NCBI GenBank assembly: GCA_049453775.1
Contig: JBMTXT010000001.1
Location: 1 to 62,376, forward strand
Source of the DNA: Gemmatimonadaceae bacterium
GTDB lineage: Bacteria > Gemmatimonadota > Gemmatimonadetes > Gemmatimonadales > Gemmatimonadaceae
Direction: 5' to 3'
DNA: 62,376 nt
Below are positions 28,774-38,789 of the stretch, piece by piece. Every line of letters begins with the position of its first letter. Position 1 is the first letter of the stretch. The position numbers and the translations under genes were made by a program. A model generated the notes under the pieces. The model ran no database searches. It saw only the letters and a list, made by a program, of their open reading frames with translations, and had not been told where the DNA came from.

Positions 28774-31700
28774 TCAGCCTTCCTTGGTTAGAGCGATGCG
28801 GGCCATCGGACCATCGAGCTCCACTTCGGCGGTCGTGGGCCACGGGGGGGACATCGGGAGCGCATCGGCGAGGATGCACTCGCGGGCGAGCACTTCACCT
28901 GCGATCCAAGCTGCGTGAGGACGCAGCGCCTCCTGCACCTCCGCGGGGGCGGCGATGGCGAGCCGGATGCGATCACTGACCGCGAGCCCCGCCTCCTTCC
29001 GCACCCGTTGCACCCGACTCACCACCTCGCGCGCCATCCCTTCGGCCCGGAGCGCCGGGGTGACCGTCGGGTCCAATGCCACCGAGAGCCCGTCACCCTG
29101 CTCCACCACCAGCGAGGACGCGGCCCGGGCCGTGATCGTGACCCGCGACGCGTCGAGCAGGAGCGGACCATGCCCGGGGACCTCGACCGTCACACTGTCA
29201 CCCTGCGCGATGGAACGCAATGCCGCCTGGTCGAGCCCCTCCACGACCGGCTTCGTCGCCTTCATCGCCGGCCCCACGATCTTCCCGAGCACGGGGAAGT
29301 TCACCTTCCCTTCCAAGCGCACCCACTCGGCCGCCGAATCGGCGAAGGCGACCGTCTTCACATTGAGCTCGGCCGCGACGAGCGGGGCGATCATCCCGTG
29401 CCACGCGGGATCGACCCCGGGGGCCACGCAGGTGAGCGCCGCGAGCGGCTGCCGCACCTTGATCCCCGCCTGCTCCCGCGCCGCGCGCCCGAGCGTCGCA
29501 AGGGTGCGCGCCGCCGTCATCGCGTGCTCGAGCCCCTCGTCACGCGGGGTCGGTTCGGTGCGCCGATACGCCGCGAGGTGCGCCGAGTGGCCCGTGAGTT
29601 CCTGATGCATCCAGTCGGAAACGAAGGGCGCGAATGGCGCGAGCAACCGACAGGTGATGGTCAACACCTCATGCAACGTCGCGAAGGCCGCGCGGTTGTC
29701 CGCGCCCTCCACCTCGTAGAACCGCGCGCGCGACAGGCGGACATACCAGTTCGCGACATCCTCCGTCACGAAGTCCATGAGCAGCCGCGCCGCCGCCGTC
29801 GCATCGAAGCGCGCGAGCAACGCATCGACCTCGGCCTCCACGGCCGTGAGGCGCGAGAGCACCCAGCGATCGAGCACGGGACGCGCCGCCACCGCCGGGT
29901 CCTGCGCCGAGGGCGCCCACCCGAAGTTCGCGTACTGCGCGAAGATCCCACTGTAGACGTTGCGCAACGTGACGAGGAAGCGCCCCGCCGTCTCCCGGAT
30001 CACCGATTCGTCGAAGCGCCGCGGGACCCAGACCTGTGAGCTCGCCACGAGGAAGAGCCGCACCGCATCGGCGCCATGCCGCGTCATCACCGCGCTCGGC
30101 GCCACGGTGTTCCCGCGCGACTTGGACATCTTCTGCCCATTCGCATCGAGCACGAGATCGTTCACCACGACCGCCCGATAGGGCGCCGCCTGCGACGCCG
30201 CCCCGGCGACGTCGGCGGCCCCACGTGAGGCGATGCCTGGGCCATTGTTCGGGAGCGCGTCCCCCAATCCTGTCGCGATCGCGAGGAGCGAGTAGAACCA
30301 GCCGCGCGTCTGATCGACCCCCTCCGCGATGAAGTCCGCTGGGTAGTAGCGCGCGACCTGCTCGCGACTCCCCGGCTGATGCGGATAGCCCCACTGCGCG
30401 AAGGGCATCGACCCCGAGTCGAACCAGGTATCGATCACCTCCGGCACGCGGCGCATCGTGCCGGTCCCACTCGCCGCGGGCCAGGTATAGCGATCGATGT
30501 GCGGCTTGTGCGGGTCGAAGTCCGCAGGCAGCGGCGCGCCGACGCGTGCCGCGAGCTCTGCCGACGAGCCGATCACCTCGATCTCCGTCGGATCGGCATC
30601 GTTCACCCAGACGGGGAGGGGCGTCCCCCAATAGCGATCGCGGGAGATCGCCCAGTCGATGTTGTTCTCGAGCCAGCTCCCGAAGCGCCCCGCCCCGACC
30701 TCGGGCGGGTTCCACTGCACATCGCCGTTCCGCGCGAGCATCGCATCGCGATACGCCGTGGTGCGCACGAACCAGCTCGCGCGGGCGTAATAGAGGAGCG
30801 GCGTCCCGCAGCGCCAGCAGTGCGGGTAGCTGTGCGTGAAGCGCTGCGACTTCCAGACCTGATCGCGCCGCTCGAGTTCGGCGATGATCGCGGCATCGGC
30901 CTCCTTCACGAACTGCCCACCCACCAGCGGGAGCTCCGCGGGGAACTCGCCACGCGCATTCACCGGATTCAGGAAGGCGAGCCCATGCCGCTGCCCCGCC
31001 GCGTAGTCGTCGGCGCCGAAGGCCGGCGCCATGTGCACCACGCCGGAGCCGTCCTCGGCGGAGACGAACGGCTCGCCGACGATCATCTCATGCTGCCCCT
31101 CGGCCGGGTAGGCGACCCAGTCGAGGGGACGACGATAGCGCCTCCCGACGAGGTCGCGGCCCGTGAAGGTCGCGACCTGTTCCCAGCGCTCCGTGTAGTC
31201 GGCGCCGAGCACCGCACCCGCCCGCGCCTCCGCGAGCAGGATCGTCCAATCGGTGACCGACTTCTTGCGGAGCTCCACATAGGTGAGGTCGGGATGCACC
31301 GCGAGCGCGACGTTCGAGACGAGGGTCCAGGGCGTCGTCGTCCAGACGATGATGCGGCGACGGATCCCCGGCGCGCTCGGATCGACGAGATCGAGCCCGA
31401 GGTAGAGCGAGGGATCCTCGACATCCTCATAGCCCTGCGCGACCTCGTGCGAGCTCAGCGCGGTCCCACAGCGCGCGCAATATGGGAGGACCTTGTGCCC
31501 TTGATAGAGGAGCCCCTTCTCGTGAAGCGTCTTGAGCGCCCACCAGACGCTCTCCACATAGGGCGTCTCGTAGGTGACGTAGGGATTGGCGTAGTCGAGC
31601 CAATACCCCATGCGCGCACTCAGCTGCTCCCACTCCCCCTTGTACGTCCAGACCGACTCTCGGCACCGCCGATTGAACTCGTCGACCCCGACCTTCTCGA

Positions 31701-32049
31701 TATCGGCTTTGCCGGAGATCCCGAGCGCCTTCTCGACCTCGATCTCCACCGGGAGCCCATGGGTGTCCCACCCCGCCTTCCGTGGCACATGGAATCCCTG
31801 CATCGCCCGATGGCGGCAAAAGAGGTCCTTGATGGTGCGCGCGAAGACGTGATGGATCCCGGGGCGCCCATTGGCGGTCGGCGGCCCCTCGTAGAAGACC
31901 CAGGCCGGGGCCTCGGCGTGGGCGGCCTGCGAGGCCTCGAAGACGCCGTCAGCGGTCCAGCGCCCGAGGACCTCCTGTTCGAGGTCGTCGGCGGGCCGGT
32001 CCCCGGGAAGGAGCCGGAAGCGCGGCGCGGCAGCGGGGGAACCCGACAT
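28774..32049 (-). CDS. ileS: isoleucine--tRNA ligase, type 2 (IleRS2)
   Basis: EGPPTANGRPGIHH, GWDTHGLP, WTTTPWTL, EGVDQTRGWF, KMSKS; IleRS2-type C-terminus without zinc finger. Start set at ATG 32049. Confidence 0.96.
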   Translation of the reverse strand: MSGSPAAAPRFRLLPGDRPADDLEQEVLGRWTADGVFEASQAAHAEAPAWVFYEGPPTANGRPGIHHVFARTIKDLFCRHRAMQGFHVPRKAGWDTHGLPVEIEVEKALGISGKADIEKVGVDEFNRRCRESVWTYKGEWEQLSARMGYWLDYANPYVTYETPYVESVWWALKTLHEKGLLYQGHKVLPYCARCGTALSSHEVAQGYEDVEDPSLYLGLDLVDPSAPGIRRRIIVWTTTPWTLVSNVALAVHPDLTYVELRKKSVTDWTILLAEARAGAVLGADYTERWEQVATFTGRDLVGRRYRRPLDWVAYPAEGQHEMIVGEPFVSAEDGSGVVHMAPAFGADDYAAGQRHGLAFLNPVNARGEFPAELPLVGGQFVKEADAAIIAELERRDQVWKSQRFTHSYPHCWRCGTPLLYYARASWFVRTTAYRDAMLARNGDVQWNPPEVGAGRFGSWLENNIDWAISRDRYWGTPLPVWVNDADPTEIEVIGSSAELAARVGAPLPADFDPHKPHIDRYTWPAASGTGTMRRVPEVIDTWFDSGSMPFAQWGYPHQPGSREQVARYYPADFIAEGVDQTRGWFYSLLAIATGLGDALPNNGPGIASRGAADVAGAASQAAPYRAVVVNDLVLDANGQKMSKSRGNTVAPSAVMTRHGADAVRLFLVASSQVWVPRRFDESVIRETAGRFLVTLRNVYSGIFAQYANFGWAPSAQDPAVAARPVLDRWVLSRLTAVEAEVDALLARFDATAAARLLMDFVTEDVANWYVRLSRARFYEVEGADNRAAFATLHEVLTITCRLLAPFAPFVSDWMHQELTGHSAHLAAYRRTEPTPRDEGLEHAMTAARTLATLGRAAREQAGIKVRQPLAALTCVAPGVDPAWHGMIAPLVAAELNVKTVAFADSAAEWVRLEGKVNFPVLGKIVGPAMKATKPVVEGLDQAALRSIAQGDSVTVEVPGHGPLLLDASRVTITARAASSLVVEQGDGLSVALDPTVTPALRAEGMAREVVSRVQRVRKEAGLAVSDRIRLAIAAPAEVQEALRPHAAWIAGEVLARECILADALPMSPPWPTTAEVELDGPMARIALTKEG

Positions 32050-32060
32050 AACCTCTAAAT

Positions 32061-32804
32061 CTACCGACCACGCTCCCCGAAGAGGACCGTTCCCAGCCGC
32101 ACCAGGGTCGCCCCTTCCTCCACCGCGATCTCGTAGTCCCCCGACATCCCCATCGAGAGCTCGGTCGCGGGGTGCCCCGCCGCCGCGAGGCGCTCCCGCG
32201 CGGCCCGCGCCCCCTGGAAGACCCGCCGGAGCACCGGCTCGGGGGCATCGAAGGGGGCCATCGTCATCACCCCGCGCACCGAGAGCCCCGGACACCGATG
32301 GAGCTGCTCGGCCACCGCCGGCACATCGGCGAGCGCGTAGCCCCCTTTGGTGTCCTCGCCGGAGATGTTGACCTGCAAGAGCACGTGGAGCGGCTGCGGT
32401 GCGACGGCGAACTGCGCGCCGGCGCCGATGACCGCCGTCCCCTTCCGCCCCACGGCATCGGCGGCGACGAGGATGCTCTCACGGTCGAGCGCATGGAACA
32501 GGGCGAAGTGCGGAAGCGCCTTCGCCTTGTTGGATTGCAGGTGGCCGATGAGATGCCACCGCACCCCACCGCGCGTGCAGGGGGCATCGGCGAGCGCCGC
32601 CTGCTTGCCGAGCGCCTCCTGCACCTTGTTCTCGCCGACATCGGTGATCCCGGCGGCCCAGGCCGCCTCGCCCGCCTCGGGGCCCTGCGTCTTGGTCACC
32701 GCGATGAGGCGCACGGTCTGGGCATGCCCACCACGCGCGACCGCGTCGGCGATGCGGCCACGGATCGCCGCGACCCGCGCCGGGAGGTCTGGGAACACCG
32801 TCAC
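32061..32804 (-). CDS. yggS: PLP homeostasis protein YggS family
   Basis: LIAVTK, GENKVQE, WHLIGHLQSNK, LSMGMSGD, VRLGTVLFG. Confidence 0.94.
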   Translation of the reverse strand: MTVFPDLPARVAAIRGRIADAVARGGHAQTVRLIAVTKTQGPEAGEAAWAAGITDVGENKVQEALGKQAALADAPCTRGGVRWHLIGHLQSNKAKALPHFALFHALDRESILVAADAVGRKGTAVIGAGAQFAVAPQPLHVLLQVNISGEDTKGGYALADVPAVAEQLHRCPGLSVRGVMTMAPFDAPEPVLRRVFQGARAARERLAAAGHPATELSMGMSGDYEIAVEEGATLVRLGTVLFGERGR

Positions 32805-32833
32805 CTGGCGAACCGCGAGCGGCGCCGGCGCGC

Positions 32834-34810
<1,977 letters not shown>

Positions 34811-34819
34811 GGGATATCC

Positions 34820-35371
34820 CTACTGGAGACTGGCGACGTACGGAACGTGGCGGAAATCCTCGGCATGGTCGAGCCCATACCCGACGAGGAACTCCGACGG
34901 CGCATCGAACCCGTAGAAACGGACGGGTTCGGTGAGCTCGGTGGCGATGTGCTTGTGGAAGAGCGCACAGAGGGCGATCGACTTCGGCTGCCGCGCGCGC
35001 AGGATCGTGGACAGCTCCTGCAGCGTGCGCCCGGAATCGACGATGTCGTCGACCAGGAGAAGATGCTTCCCCTCGAGTGAGGTCTCCGGGTCGTAGACGA
35101 GGCGGACCGTCCCCGAGGAGACCGTCCCCGCCCCGTAGCTCGAGGCGACGATGAAGTCGACGTGGAGGGGGCGCTCGATCTGCCGGACGAGATCGGCCAC
35201 GAAGATGAAGCTCCCCTTCAGGAGCCCCAGCACGAGGAGCTCGCCATCTGGGTACGCCGCGGTGATCTCGCGGCCCAGCTCCGCCACGCGCCGCGCGATG
35301 GTCTCGGCGTCGAAGGGAATCCGGGCGACGGGGCGCCCTTTCAGTCGGGGATCGACAGCAGAGGTCGTCAT
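34820..35371 (-). CDS. hpt: hypoxanthine phosphoribosyltransferase
   Basis: LLKGSFIF, VDDIVDSGRT, FLVGYGLD; conserved tilS-hpt-ftsH order. Confidence 0.95.
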   Translation of the reverse strand: MTTSAVDPRLKGRPVARIPFDAETIARRVAELGREITAAYPDGELLVLGLLKGSFIFVADLVRQIERPLHVDFIVASSYGAGTVSSGTVRLVYDPETSLEGKHLLLVDDIVDSGRTLQELSTILRARQPKSIALCALFHKHIATELTEPVRFYGFDAPSEFLVGYGLDHAEDFRHVPYVASLQ

Positions 35372-36382
35372 CTATGGAATATAGTCCCCGGCCCCGCGAA
35401 CCGTTCCCTCGACGACGTACGTCGCGCGGGTCCGCGAGAGGCGTGCGCCACCCGTGAGCGGGATCGTCTGCCCCACCTGCGCGGTCGGCGCCCAGCGCGC
35501 GGCACGCGCCACCCCGCGACGGTCCATCACGACCCCCGCGCGGGCCGCGATCGCGGGCCAGCACACCGCCCAGGCGGCCTCGTCGAGCGCGGCCACCGCG
35601 GCGACCGGGACCGTCACCCGATGCCGGGCGAGCCGCCGGACCCCCAGCGAGGTGACGAGCGCCTCGACCTGCGCGCGCCACTCGGCGGCCCGACCTCCGA
35701 GGGCCCAACACCATTCGCCGAACCCCGGATCGACCCGCTCGAGCGCCGGGAGGATCTCCTGCCGCACCCGGTTCCGCTGGAAGTCTGGGGTGGCGTTACT
35801 CGGGTCGTCGCGGAAGGGGACCCGATGCGCGCTCGCGTAGGCGGCCACGGCGGCCCGAGGGAGGGTGAGCAGCGGACGGAGAGGAGTCGCAGGGCCCTGC
35901 CGCTCGGTGGATTCCGAGGGATCAGCGGGATCGAAGGGATCGGCGGCGAGCATCCCGGCGAGGCCACGGGGCCCCGCCCCGCGCAGGAGCCGCAGCAGCA
36001 CGGTCTCGATCTGATCATCTCTGGTGTGGGCGGTCACCACCCGCGCTCGGAGGGCGGAGGCCGCTGCATGGAGAAACGCCCAGCGCGCGGCCCGCCACGC
36101 CGCCTCGGTGCGCGCCAGGGTCCCGGCGGCTCCCCCCCGCACCACGACAAGACCGCGGGCCGAGGCCTCCCGCACCACAAAGTCTGCGGCGGCGGTCGCC
36201 GAGGCTCCCGTCCCATGGTCGAAGGTCGCGACCCCCGCGATCCCCTCGCGGCGGCGATCGGCGAGGGCATCGAGGAGGACCATCGAATCGCGCCCGCCGG
36301 AGACCGCGAGAAGCCACCGCCCCGTCGGGAGGGCGTCTACGGCCCGGCGGATCGCGGGCCCCGATTCCATTTTCGGGAACAC
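35372..36382 (-). CDS. tilS: tRNA(Ile)-lysidine synthetase
   Basis: PP-loop SGGRDS, AHTRDDQIET, RPLL, DPSN, RNRVR. GTG 36382 is supported by a leaderless -10 box; ATG 36370 is the alternative. Confidence 0.93.
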   Translation of the reverse strand: MFPKMESGPAIRRAVDALPTGRWLLAVSGGRDSMVLLDALADRRREGIAGVATFDHGTGASATAAADFVVREASARGLVVVRGGAAGTLARTEAAWRAARWAFLHAAASALRARVVTAHTRDDQIETVLLRLLRGAGPRGLAGMLAADPFDPADPSESTERQGPATPLRPLLTLPRAAVAAYASAHRVPFRDDPSNATPDFQRNRVRQEILPALERVDPGFGEWCWALGGRAAEWRAQVEALVTSLGVRRLARHRVTVPVAAVAALDEAAWAVCWPAIAARAGVVMDRRGVARAARWAPTAQVGQTIPLTGGARLSRTRATYVVEGTVRGAGDYIP

Positions 36383-36441
36383 CTATCTAAGATAGGCGTT
36401 GAATCAGGCAGACCTTCGACCTTCGGACGCGGAGCATCCAC

Positions 36442-36615
36442 GTGGAGCAGAACTTTGGCGGCCCCCTCGGCACCCTCATCGCAGGGCTCGGCATGGGTGC
36501 CTACTACCTGGGCCTCACCTGGATCAACATCCTCCTCGGCCTCTTCCTGACCCCCTTCTTCATCATCCCGATCACTTGGGTGATGGATGCGCGGAAGAAG
36601 AAGGCTGAAGGCTGA
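36442..36615 (+). CDS. small membrane protein (57 aa), function unknown
   Basis: Hand translation MEQNFGGPLGTLIAGLGMGAYYLGLTWINILLGLFLTPFFIIPITWVMDARKKKAEG; GGAG 7 nt upstream, GC3-rich codons, downstream terminator. Confidence 0.72.
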   Translation: MEQNFGGPLGTLIAGLGMGAYYLGLTWINILLGLFLTPFFIIPITWVMDARKKKAEG

Positions 36616-36634
36616 AGGCTGAAGGCTGAAAGCG
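36600..36634 (+). repeat. heptamer tandem repeat (GAAGGCT)x4 plus one degenerate copy
   Basis: Read directly: gaaggct gaaggct gaaggct gaaggct gaaagcg. Confidence 0.9.
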
Positions 36635-36661
36635 GAACGACAGGTTCCCCACCGGTTCGAC

Positions 36662-36692
36662 AAGCGGCGCCCTCTGGGCGCCGTTTTTGTTT
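36662..36692 (+). terminator. rho-independent terminator
   Basis: CGGCGCCC-TCT-GGGCGCCG followed by TTTTTGTTT. Confidence 0.85.
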
Positions 36693-36697
36693 CCTCC

Positions 36698-36727
36698 TTG
36701 CCATGTGCCGGACTGGCAGTGTAGGTT
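36698..36727 (+). promoter_or_regulatory. putative sigma70 promoter TTGCCA-N18-TAGGTT
   Basis: Near-consensus hexamers immediately after the terminator, pointing into non-coding DNA. Confidence 0.5.
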
Positions 36728-36823
36728 CAGGGGTCACGTTGGAGCTGTCTTGGGCCAGGCGATTCGACGCGCCTCCGTTGACGGTGATCGAATCGGTGCC
36801 CTGGGCCTGAAAGCCCAGATATT

Positions 36824-37162
36824 AGTGTAAAATTTTCCACAATCGCAGGTACTTGGCTTTGCCTTCCGAGAAGCCACCGGCGTCACTGTTGAAAAGATAC
36901 AAAGTGAGATAGCGGCTTCAAATCAGCTTTCCACACTCGATATGCAAGGAAAAATGATTCCGTATGCAATGATTTGCATACGGAATTTGCTTTAGTGCAT
37001 ATATCTAATTTCCCATAAAATAAGGGTTTATATGACATTATATAGAGTGTATTGTGATGCGCAGCCCACTGACGCCGGACTTTTCAACAATCGCTTGGCA
37101 GATAAGCGCGACAGGATCTAAATGATGGGATCAGACGACGCACAGGGTCCAAGATATCCACA
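36824..37162. other. AT-rich DnaA-box cluster (candidate oriC or datA/DARS-like site)
   Basis: TTTTCCACA at 36833-36841 plus five 1-mismatch boxes (36824, 36887, 36927, 37081, 37154); 31% GC at 36941-37060 by hand count. Confidence 0.45.
36957..36986. repeat. perfect 13-bp inverted repeat ATTCCGTATGCAA-TGAT-TTGCATACGGAAT
   Basis: Read directly from the sequence. Confidence 0.9.
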
Positions 37163-37389
37163 TTCCTGCTGCGCTGACGCGACCTGCGTCACCCCTCCCC
37201 TGCCTGCTCCGGGCAGGTCCCCCGATACGGGGGGGCACGCGCTATCCTCCCTCTCTGGCAGCACCCATTCCCAAGGACGCCAGCGAAGAAACAAGCCAAA
37301 ATGGCTGGTTTGGAACGAATCTGCTTCCTATGTACTTTAGGGGCTTCTGGCGGTCGGCCAATCCGTCCCCCACCTTCCCCCATCGACAG

Positions 37390-38487
37390 ATGAACATCGG
37401 CGTCCCTACGGAACGCACCCCCGGCGAATCCCGGGTGGCTCTTATCCCCGAGAGTGTCGGCCGGCTCACCAAGGCCGGGGTCACCGTCCTCATCGAACGT
37501 GGCGCGGGGCTCCGCGCCGGCTTCCCCGACGCGGCCGACGAGAAGGCCGGTGGCACCCTCGCCCCGCCGTCCGAGGCCCTCAGCGCCGACCTGGTCACCA
37601 AGGTCCAGAAGCCGACCGCGGCCGAAGTGGCCCAGATGGCCACGGGGAGCCACCTGATCTCCCTCCTGCAGCCCTCCAGCAGCGCGGAGGCCATCCAGGC
37701 CCTCGAGGCCCGGGGGGTCACCGCCTTCGCCCTCGAGCTGGTCCCCCGGATCACCCGGGCCCAGTCCATGGACGTCCTCTCCTCCCAGGCCACGGTCGCG
37801 GGCTACAAGGCGGTCCTGATCGGCTCCGCGGAGCTGGTGAAGTTCCTCCCGATGCTCACCACGGCCGCCGGGACCATCGCCCCCTCCAAGGTCTGCGTCC
37901 TTGGGGCCGGGGTGGCCGGCCTCATGGCGATCGCGACCGCCCGCCGCCTCGGTGCCGTCGTCAGCGGGTTCGACATCCGCGCCGCGGCCGCCGAGCAGAT
38001 CAAGTCCCTGGGCGCCTCGGTGGTGGCGGAGAACCTCATCTCCGCCGATTCGCAGGCCGCTGGCGGCTATGCCAAGGAGCAGAGCGCCGAGCAGCAGGCG
38101 GCGATCCAGGACGCCCTCAAGGCCCACCTGGCCGGGATGGACCTCGTGATCACCACGGCCCAGGTCCCCGGACGGACCGCCCCGCGGCTCATCAGCACGG
38201 CGACCATCCAGACCATGGCCCCAGGCTCGGTGATCGTCGACCTCGCCGCCGAGACCGGGGGGAACTGCGAGCCCACCACGGCGGGCGAGACGGTGGACGT
38301 GAACGGGGTGAAGGTGATCGGCCCGGTGAACCTCGCCGCCACGATGCCCAACCACGCCTCCGCGATGCTCAGCCGCAACATCCTCACCTTCGTGCAGCAC
38401 CTGCTCACCAAGGAAGGCACCCTCAACGTCGACCGCGCCGACGAGATCACCGGCGCGATGATCGTCACCGGGAGAACCGCCGCATGA
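37390..38487 (+). CDS. pntAa: NAD(P) transhydrogenase subunit alpha, part 1 (domain I)
   Basis: MNIGVPTE...ESRVAL, RITRAQSMDVLSSQ, GAGVAGL, GGYAK, DLAAETGGNC. Start set at ATG 37390. Confidence 0.95.
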   Translation: MNIGVPTERTPGESRVALIPESVGRLTKAGVTVLIERGAGLRAGFPDAADEKAGGTLAPPSEALSADLVTKVQKPTAAEVAQMATGSHLISLLQPSSSAEAIQALEARGVTAFALELVPRITRAQSMDVLSSQATVAGYKAVLIGSAELVKFLPMLTTAAGTIAPSKVCVLGAGVAGLMAIATARRLGAVVSGFDIRAAAAEQIKSLGASVVAENLISADSQAAGGYAKEQSAEQQAAIQDALKAHLAGMDLVITTAQVPGRTAPRLISTATIQTMAPGSVIVDLAAETGGNCEPTTAGETVDVNGVKVIGPVNLAATMPNHASAMLSRNILTFVQHLLTKEGTLNVDRADEITGAMIVTGRTAA

Positions 38488-38789
38488 CCGGCATCGACCT
38501 GATCGGCTTCATCGTCGTCTTCATCTTGGCGACCTACCTGGGCGCCTCCCTCATCGGGCGTGTCCCGCCGACACTCCACACCCCCCTGATGTCGGGGGCC
38601 AACGCGGTCTCCGGGATCACGGTGGTCGGGGCAATGGCCGTCGCCGGCCACACCGACTACGGCTGGCTCGGCTCGGTCCTCGGCTTCATCGCCATCGTCT
38701 TCGCGATGATGAACGTGGTCGGGGGCTACGCCGTGACCGATCGGATGCTCGAGATGTTCAAGAAGGGCCCGCAGGGGGGTGCCAAGTGA
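38484..38789 (+). CDS. pntAb: NAD(P) transhydrogenase subunit alpha, part 2 (membrane)
   Basis: VPPTLHTPLMSGANAVSG, NVVGGYAVTDRMLEMF. Confidence 0.96.
   Translation: MTGIDLIGFIVVFILATYLGASLIGRVPPTLHTPLMSGANAVSGITVVGAMAVAGHTDYGWLGSVLGFIAIVFAMMNVVGGYAVTDRMLEMFKKGPQGGAK

Noticed and set aside
4073-32295. Long N-terminal extensions in the ORF track for ftsY, ftsQ, murG, murD, mraY, ftsI, ftsL, rluA, lspA and ileS, which could look like fusions
   Set aside because: They overlap the upstream gene in another frame. Downstream starts match the family N-termini and the stop/start coupling.
36600-36634. GAAGGCT repeat as a CRISPR array or REP element
   Set aside because: 7-bp contiguous units with no spacers, no palindrome and no cas genes.
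36806-36876. Short resemblances to E. coli 6S RNA (CCTGA...GATATT...CCACAA, TCCGAGAAGCC)
   Set aside because: Spacing differs and I could not build the long 5'/3' closing stem with a central bubble. Kept only as an unnamed ncRNA candidate pending an Rfam search.
37008-37049. dif/cer-like Xer site (TTATGGGAAAT on the minus strand resembles a XerD arm)
   Set aside because: No XerC-like arm ending ATAA at 6-bp spacing and only a weak 8-bp-spaced partner. A GC-skew maximum here would revive the idea.
37122-37340. 72-aa plus-strand ORF, and the 36399-36608, 36337-36663 and 36504-36737 ORFs in the spacer
   Set aside because: Atypical codon use and no motifs. The 36.4-36.6 kb region is better explained by the 57-aa ORF in another frame.
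37240-37389. Rex operator or known riboswitch upstream of pnt
   Set aside because: No TTGTGAA-N4-TTCACAA match and no aptamer consensus that I recognise.
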